Part shown: in pieces, positions 60,219 to 64,000 of the stretch | Numbering within the stretch: the stretch's first letter is position 1 | Layout: every line of letters starts with the position of its first letter | Notes under the pieces: model-generated | What the model saw: only the letters and a program-made list of their open reading frames with translations | What the model was told of the DNA's origin: nothing | The model's database searches: none | Origin: Bryobacterales bacterium | GTDB lineage: Bacteria; Acidobacteriota; Terriglobia; Bryobacterales; UBA6623 | Direction: 5' to 3' | Assembly (NCBI GenBank): GCA_963422375.2 | Contig: OY729428.2 | Span: 384,001 to 448,000 of the forward strand | DNA: 64,000 nt | Translations under genes and position numbers: made by a program

Positions 60219-61547
60219 TCAGCGATTGAAGATCTTCACCCGGAAGTAGGGCTTGTCTTTCTCGGCCGGGTCCATCACGTAGTCCTGGTAGGTCAGCATC
60301 GGGTCGTAGTCGCGCCACAGCCAAGCCATCGCCTCGGGCAGTTCCGCGTCTCCGTAGGTCGTGCTGTGCTGGGCGTTGCCGAAACTGAAGTGGAAGTCGT
60401 ACTCCTGCATCTTCAGGGAGTTCGCCAGCTGGATGTTCTGCAGCGGCCAGCTGCCGTGGGCGTTCTCGAGGTCGTAGCTGCCGTCCTCGAGCCAGATCCG
60501 GATGTTCTTCCTTTCCCGCTTGCGGATCAGGAACGGCCAAATGTTGCCGCCGTCGAGAATCTCGGACGGGTCGCGGTCGCCGAACCGCCCCAAGGGGTAG
60601 TCGCCGAAGGGATTCTCCTGACCCCAGCGCCACTGGATGCTGGCGTAGCTTCCGATCCTCGACAGGACCCGGCTGAACTCGTGCGGCCGGAACCAAGCGG
60701 AGTTGAGCGAGCAGATCCCGCCGGACGACTGCCCGCCGATAGCCCTGCTGTAGCCGTCGTCGCGCAGACGATAGGTCTTGCTGACCTCGGGGAAGATCTC
60801 GTCCGCCACCATCCTGTTGTAGTCGTCGTTGAACGTGTCGTAGAGCAGGCTGCGCATGTGCCCGATCGCCCGCGGGGCGTACGACGCCGCGTTGTCGTGG
60901 GAACCGATATAGCCGGGAGCGACCAGCACGAGCACCATCGGAGGGAGCTTGCGCTTGTGGACGAGGTTCTCGACCACTGTCATGATCCGGGACCGCTTCT
61001 CGCGCTCCAAGAAGCGGTGGCCGTCCTGCCAGACCATCACGGCCGAGGGCTTCGACGCCTCGACGCCCGGCGACGCGTAAACCCAGTAGGAGACCCTCCA
61101 GCCGCGGTAGGTCTCGCTCTCGTGAAAGAGCTCGTCCGAGAGCTCGCCGCGCGGGACGCCCTGCTGCGGGTAGGAGTCCTCGCCGTAAGCCGCGGTGTCC
61201 CAGCGCCTGCCTCCGAGGATGCTGCGGTCCACGCGGTAGTAATGCGCATGAGAGGTTCCAGTGCGCAGGCGGTCGCCGTGGATCCACAGGCCGCCCGGAA
61301 GCTCCCGCATCGGCGGGGCGGGCTCGTCGTCTACGTACAGGTGCGGGCGAGAATCGGACTCGATCGCCCAGACGAACTCGGGCCCGTACGCGGCAACGGC
61401 CGAGCCGCCCGTCAGAGCGTCGCGCGGAAAGTGATCCCGAACGCCGCCAGCGACTTGGGCGGCGTCCGCATTCGAAGTCGCCAGCTCGTACAGGCGGTGC
61501 TTGTCTTGGTCGGTCATCCAGCTCGGGCCGGCCTTCAGCCGGACCAA
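60219..61547 (-). CDS. Enterochelin esterase-like alpha/beta hydrolase
   Basis: VPRGEL, YWVY.SP, MVWQDG, GGQSSGG nucleophile elbow, G.W..QN, EAMAWLWR. Start may be 61517. Confidence 0.85.
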   Translation of the reverse strand: MVRLKAGPSWMTDQDKHRLYELATSNADAAQVAGGVRDHFPRDALTGGSAVAAYGPEFVWAIESDSRPHLYVDDEPAPPMRELPGGLWIHGDRLRTGTSHAHYYRVDRSILGGRRWDTAAYGEDSYPQQGVPRGELSDELFHESETYRGWRVSYWVYASPGVEASKPSAVMVWQDGHRFLEREKRSRIMTVVENLVHKRKLPPMVLVLVAPGYIGSHDNAASYAPRAIGHMRSLLYDTFNDDYNRMVADEIFPEVSKTYRLRDDGYSRAIGGQSSGGICSLNSAWFRPHEFSRVLSRIGSYASIQWRWGQENPFGDYPLGRFGDRDPSEILDGGNIWPFLIRKRERKNIRIWLEDGSYDLENAHGSWPLQNIQLANSLKMQEYDFHFSFGNAQHSTTYGDAELPEAMAWLWRDYDPMLTYQDYVMDPAEKDKPYFRVKIFNR

Positions 61548-61679
61548 AGCAGGATATCAATTGCGGCCCCCGCGAGTTCCTCGCGCCTGGTGCCGGAACC
61601 GCGCCCGGTCCCCGGCAGGCGATAGCGGCGGGATACGGACGCTGCCCGCCCGCCGGGCGGCGCTATACTCCTTCTCGGC

Positions 61680-62528
61680 ATGCGAAGGCGAGTCGCGACA
61701 CTCCTGCTGGCATTGGCCGCGGCCGCGGCCGCGCAGCAGCATGACACCGAGGAATGGGTCCAGCTGTTTAACGGCAGGAATCTGGACGGCTGGATTCCGA
61801 AGGTCCGCGGCTTCGAGGCCGGGGAGAACTTCGGCAATACGTTCCGTGTCAGGGACGGCGCCCTGCAGACAGGCTACGAGGCCTACGGCGACAGCTTCAA
61901 CGCGCGATTCGGCCACATCTTCTACGAGCGCCCGTTCTCGCACTACATCCTTGCCGCGGAGTACCGGTTCGTCGGGGAGCAGGCGGCCGGCGGCCCGCGC
62001 TGGGCGGTGCGCAACAGCGGCATCATGGTCCATTCCCCGGCCCCGGACAGCATGGGCCGCGACCAGACCTTCCCCATCTCGATCGAGATCCAGCTTCTGG
62101 GAGGCACCGGCGAGCGCGAACGCACCACCGCGAACCTCTGCACGCCCGGGACGAACGTCGTCTTCGACGGCAAGCTCGTCACGCGGCACTGCACGAACTC
62201 CAAGTCGAAGACCTACCACGGCGACCAGTGGGTCCGGGCCGAGGTCATGGTCCTCGGTAGTTCCGTGATTCGCCACATCCTCGAGGGCGAGGTGGTTCTC
62301 CAGTACGAGATGCCCCAGATCGGGGGAGGCAACGTCGACGGGCACGACCCGGCCCTCAAGCGCGACGGCAGGTTGCTCGAGAGCGGGTACATCTCGCTGC
62401 AGAGCGAGAGCCATCCCGTGGAGTTCCGCAAGGTCGAGCTCCTGAACCTCGCGGGATGCATGGACCCGAAGGCGTCGAACTACAAGTCGTACTTCGTCAA
62501 GTCCGAGCCGGAGACCTGTCGCCCCTAG
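61680..62528 (+). CDS. DUF1080 (3-keto-disaccharide hydrolase-like) secreted protein
   Basis: Signal peptide; WVQLFNGRNLDGW, NSGIM, IEIQL, GYISLQSE, FRKV. Confidence 0.9.
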   Translation: MRRRVATLLLALAAAAAAQQHDTEEWVQLFNGRNLDGWIPKVRGFEAGENFGNTFRVRDGALQTGYEAYGDSFNARFGHIFYERPFSHYILAAEYRFVGEQAAGGPRWAVRNSGIMVHSPAPDSMGRDQTFPISIEIQLLGGTGERERTTANLCTPGTNVVFDGKLVTRHCTNSKSKTYHGDQWVRAEVMVLGSSVIRHILEGEVVLQYEMPQIGGGNVDGHDPALKRDGRLLESGYISLQSESHPVEFRKVELLNLAGCMDPKASNYKSYFVKSEPETCRP

Positions 62529-62548
62529 CCCGGGCGGCGGCGAGCCGT

Positions 62549-63409
62549 TCAGCCGGGGCGGACCGCAGAGACGATGGGTGCCGGTTCGTAGGTTCCCAGC
62601 ACAGCTTGGAACTCGGTCATCTCTTCGAGGTGGCGCATGGCGTTGGAGCAATTCGTGTCGTCCGGCGAGGCGAGGATGTCGACGTAGAACAGGTATTCGT
62701 ACGGTCGGCCCTTAAGCGGCCGCGACTCGATCTTGGTCAGGCTGATGTCGCGCAGGGCGAACGCGCTCAGGCACCTGAAGAGCGCTCCGGGCACGTTCTT
62801 CGTAACGAACACGAGCGAGGTCTTGCGCGGCCCGCCCTGGACGAGGCTGACGGAGCGTTGCGGCCCCAGCAAGAAGAAGCGAGTGTAGTTCTCGCGGTCG
62901 TCCTCGATTGACGCCTGCAGGATCTTCGCTCCGTAGAACTCGGCCGCGGCCGAAGAGGCGACGGCTCCCAAGCTGTCGTCGGCCCCTTCCATCACGGTCT
63001 TGACGCTGCCCCCGGTGTCGTAATGGCTTTCGGCGCGAATCCTCGGGTGACCTCGGAAGAACTCGAGGCACTGGGATAGGGCTACGGGGTGCGAAATGGC
63101 CCGCTCGATCCGGTCCAGCGCGGACTCAGGCCGCCCGATCAGGTTATGCACGATGCGGACATGGGTTTCCGCGAGGATGGCCGGCTTGAAGTGCAGCAGA
63201 TTGTCATAGTTCTCGTGGACCGAGCCATACAACGTATTTTCGACCGGGATGACCGCGTAGTCCGCGATGCGGCGACGCAGTGTGTCGAACGCGTCGAAAA
63301 ACTTCTCGCATGGGGCGAACTCGACGTCGCGTCCAGCAAGGATCTGGCCGCAAGCCAATTCGCTGAACGCCCCGCGGGCACCTTGGAATGCGACCCTGAC
63401 CCGATCCAT
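62549..63409 (-). CDS. pheA: Prephenate dehydratase
   Basis: VAFQGARGAFSE, PVENT..GSV, SHPVALSQC, NYTRF, PGAL, LTKIESRP, FYVD, LGTY. Confidence 0.96.
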   Translation of the reverse strand: MDRVRVAFQGARGAFSELACGQILAGRDVEFAPCEKFFDAFDTLRRRIADYAVIPVENTLYGSVHENYDNLLHFKPAILAETHVRIVHNLIGRPESALDRIERAISHPVALSQCLEFFRGHPRIRAESHYDTGGSVKTVMEGADDSLGAVASSAAAEFYGAKILQASIEDDRENYTRFFLLGPQRSVSLVQGGPRKTSLVFVTKNVPGALFRCLSAFALRDISLTKIESRPLKGRPYEYLFYVDILASPDDTNCSNAMRHLEEMTEFQAVLGTYEPAPIVSAVRPG

Positions 63410-63559
63410 CAACGTATGCAGCGGACTGCGCACGCTGCACGCGAGCAGTTCCGATGCACCGCCCGCCTAGATTATACGGCCCTGACGCGGTCGACAGCGG
63501 TGCCGTCAAGTAACGGCGGACAGAGCGTGGCGGCCACCCCAGTCCGAGCTTCCGCCCCA

Positions 63560-64000
63560 AGCTCCGGAGGCCGTCATGCGCGCCGAAACAAGCTTCGAGA
63601 CGGTTGCCTCCATCAGGGTCACGCTGCACTGGATCTGCACAGCCAGTTCTGGTAGCAGGCGTCGCAGGCGAACGGTGTGCAACTCTCCATCAGAACCGGC
63701 GATCGCAATCTCCCGGAACAGTCGATCGCTTTGAGTCAGAGATTCCATCGTCCTAGCGGGCGCTAGATGCTCCCGCGTCCAGCACTCAATGCTCGCCGCC
63801 GACATAGGCGTCGTCGACCTGCACCATGCACTCCTACGGGCGATCGCCCTCGCAGCCGTGCGTGACCTGCATGAGCCTGTGCCCGAGCTTCCAAGCCGAA
63901 ATATGGTTCACACCCCGCTGGCAAGCCGGTTTGAGCGCCGAGATGCCATTCTTCCCTTGCGAGAGCAGGTAGATGGCAAAGGACCAGACGGCCAGCGACA
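63560..64000 (-). pseudogene. Highly decayed IS1595 transposase remnant (continues beyond the window)
   Basis: SLAVWSFAIYLLSQGKNGISAL...SAWKLGHRLMQ...*..VQVDDAYVGGE*; homologous to copies A and B. Left boundary approximate. Confidence 0.8.

Noticed and set aside
58303..61560. 1085-aa minus-strand ORF (also 17504-20314, 26527-28773, 40730-43054 and 44207-46084)
   Set aside because: Arg/Pro/Gly-rich off-frame or antisense shadows of well-supported genes in high-GC DNA.
1..64000. CRISPR array, tRNA, rRNA or riboswitch
   Set aside because: No regularly spaced repeats or recognisable RNA gene motifs by eye. An Rfam or tRNAscan run could still find small elements.

Overview
A roughly 70% GC bacterial chromosomal window. 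The gene repertoire (many Tat-exported oxidoreductases and sulfatases, PQQ-like propellers, DUF1080, DUF3467) suggests Acidobacteriota or a similar lineage; this is inference only. Most of it is housekeeping and catabolic genes: guaB (partial), panBC, a B12-binding mutase subunit, aroK, lolD, recD2, folD, rsgA, nfeD/slipin, a PP2C phosphatase, a K+ channel, nnr, tsaE, ruvAB, a deoxynucleoside kinase, a sugar transferase and pheA. Scattered through it is a decayed mobilome: (i) a TnpB remnant upstream of guaB; (ii) a low-GC type II R-M island (C5 methyltransferase plus NotI-like endonuclease) in which each gene is split by a different IS1595-family element with an 8-bp TSD; (iii) two ISNCY-like copies, one carrying a nested IS1595; (iv) a further IS1595 relic at the right edge. 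The most unusual signals are a recurrent CTGG/CCAG->CCGG mutation in the mobile elements that destroys conserved Trp/Leu/Gln codons, repeated 9-12 bp tandem duplications and microhomology deletions, an orphan EhpF-like adenylation-fold gene in an operon with two secreted PQQ-like propellers, and -10 boxes lying only 5-15 nt upstream of many start codons. I found no rRNA, tRNA or CRISPR array.
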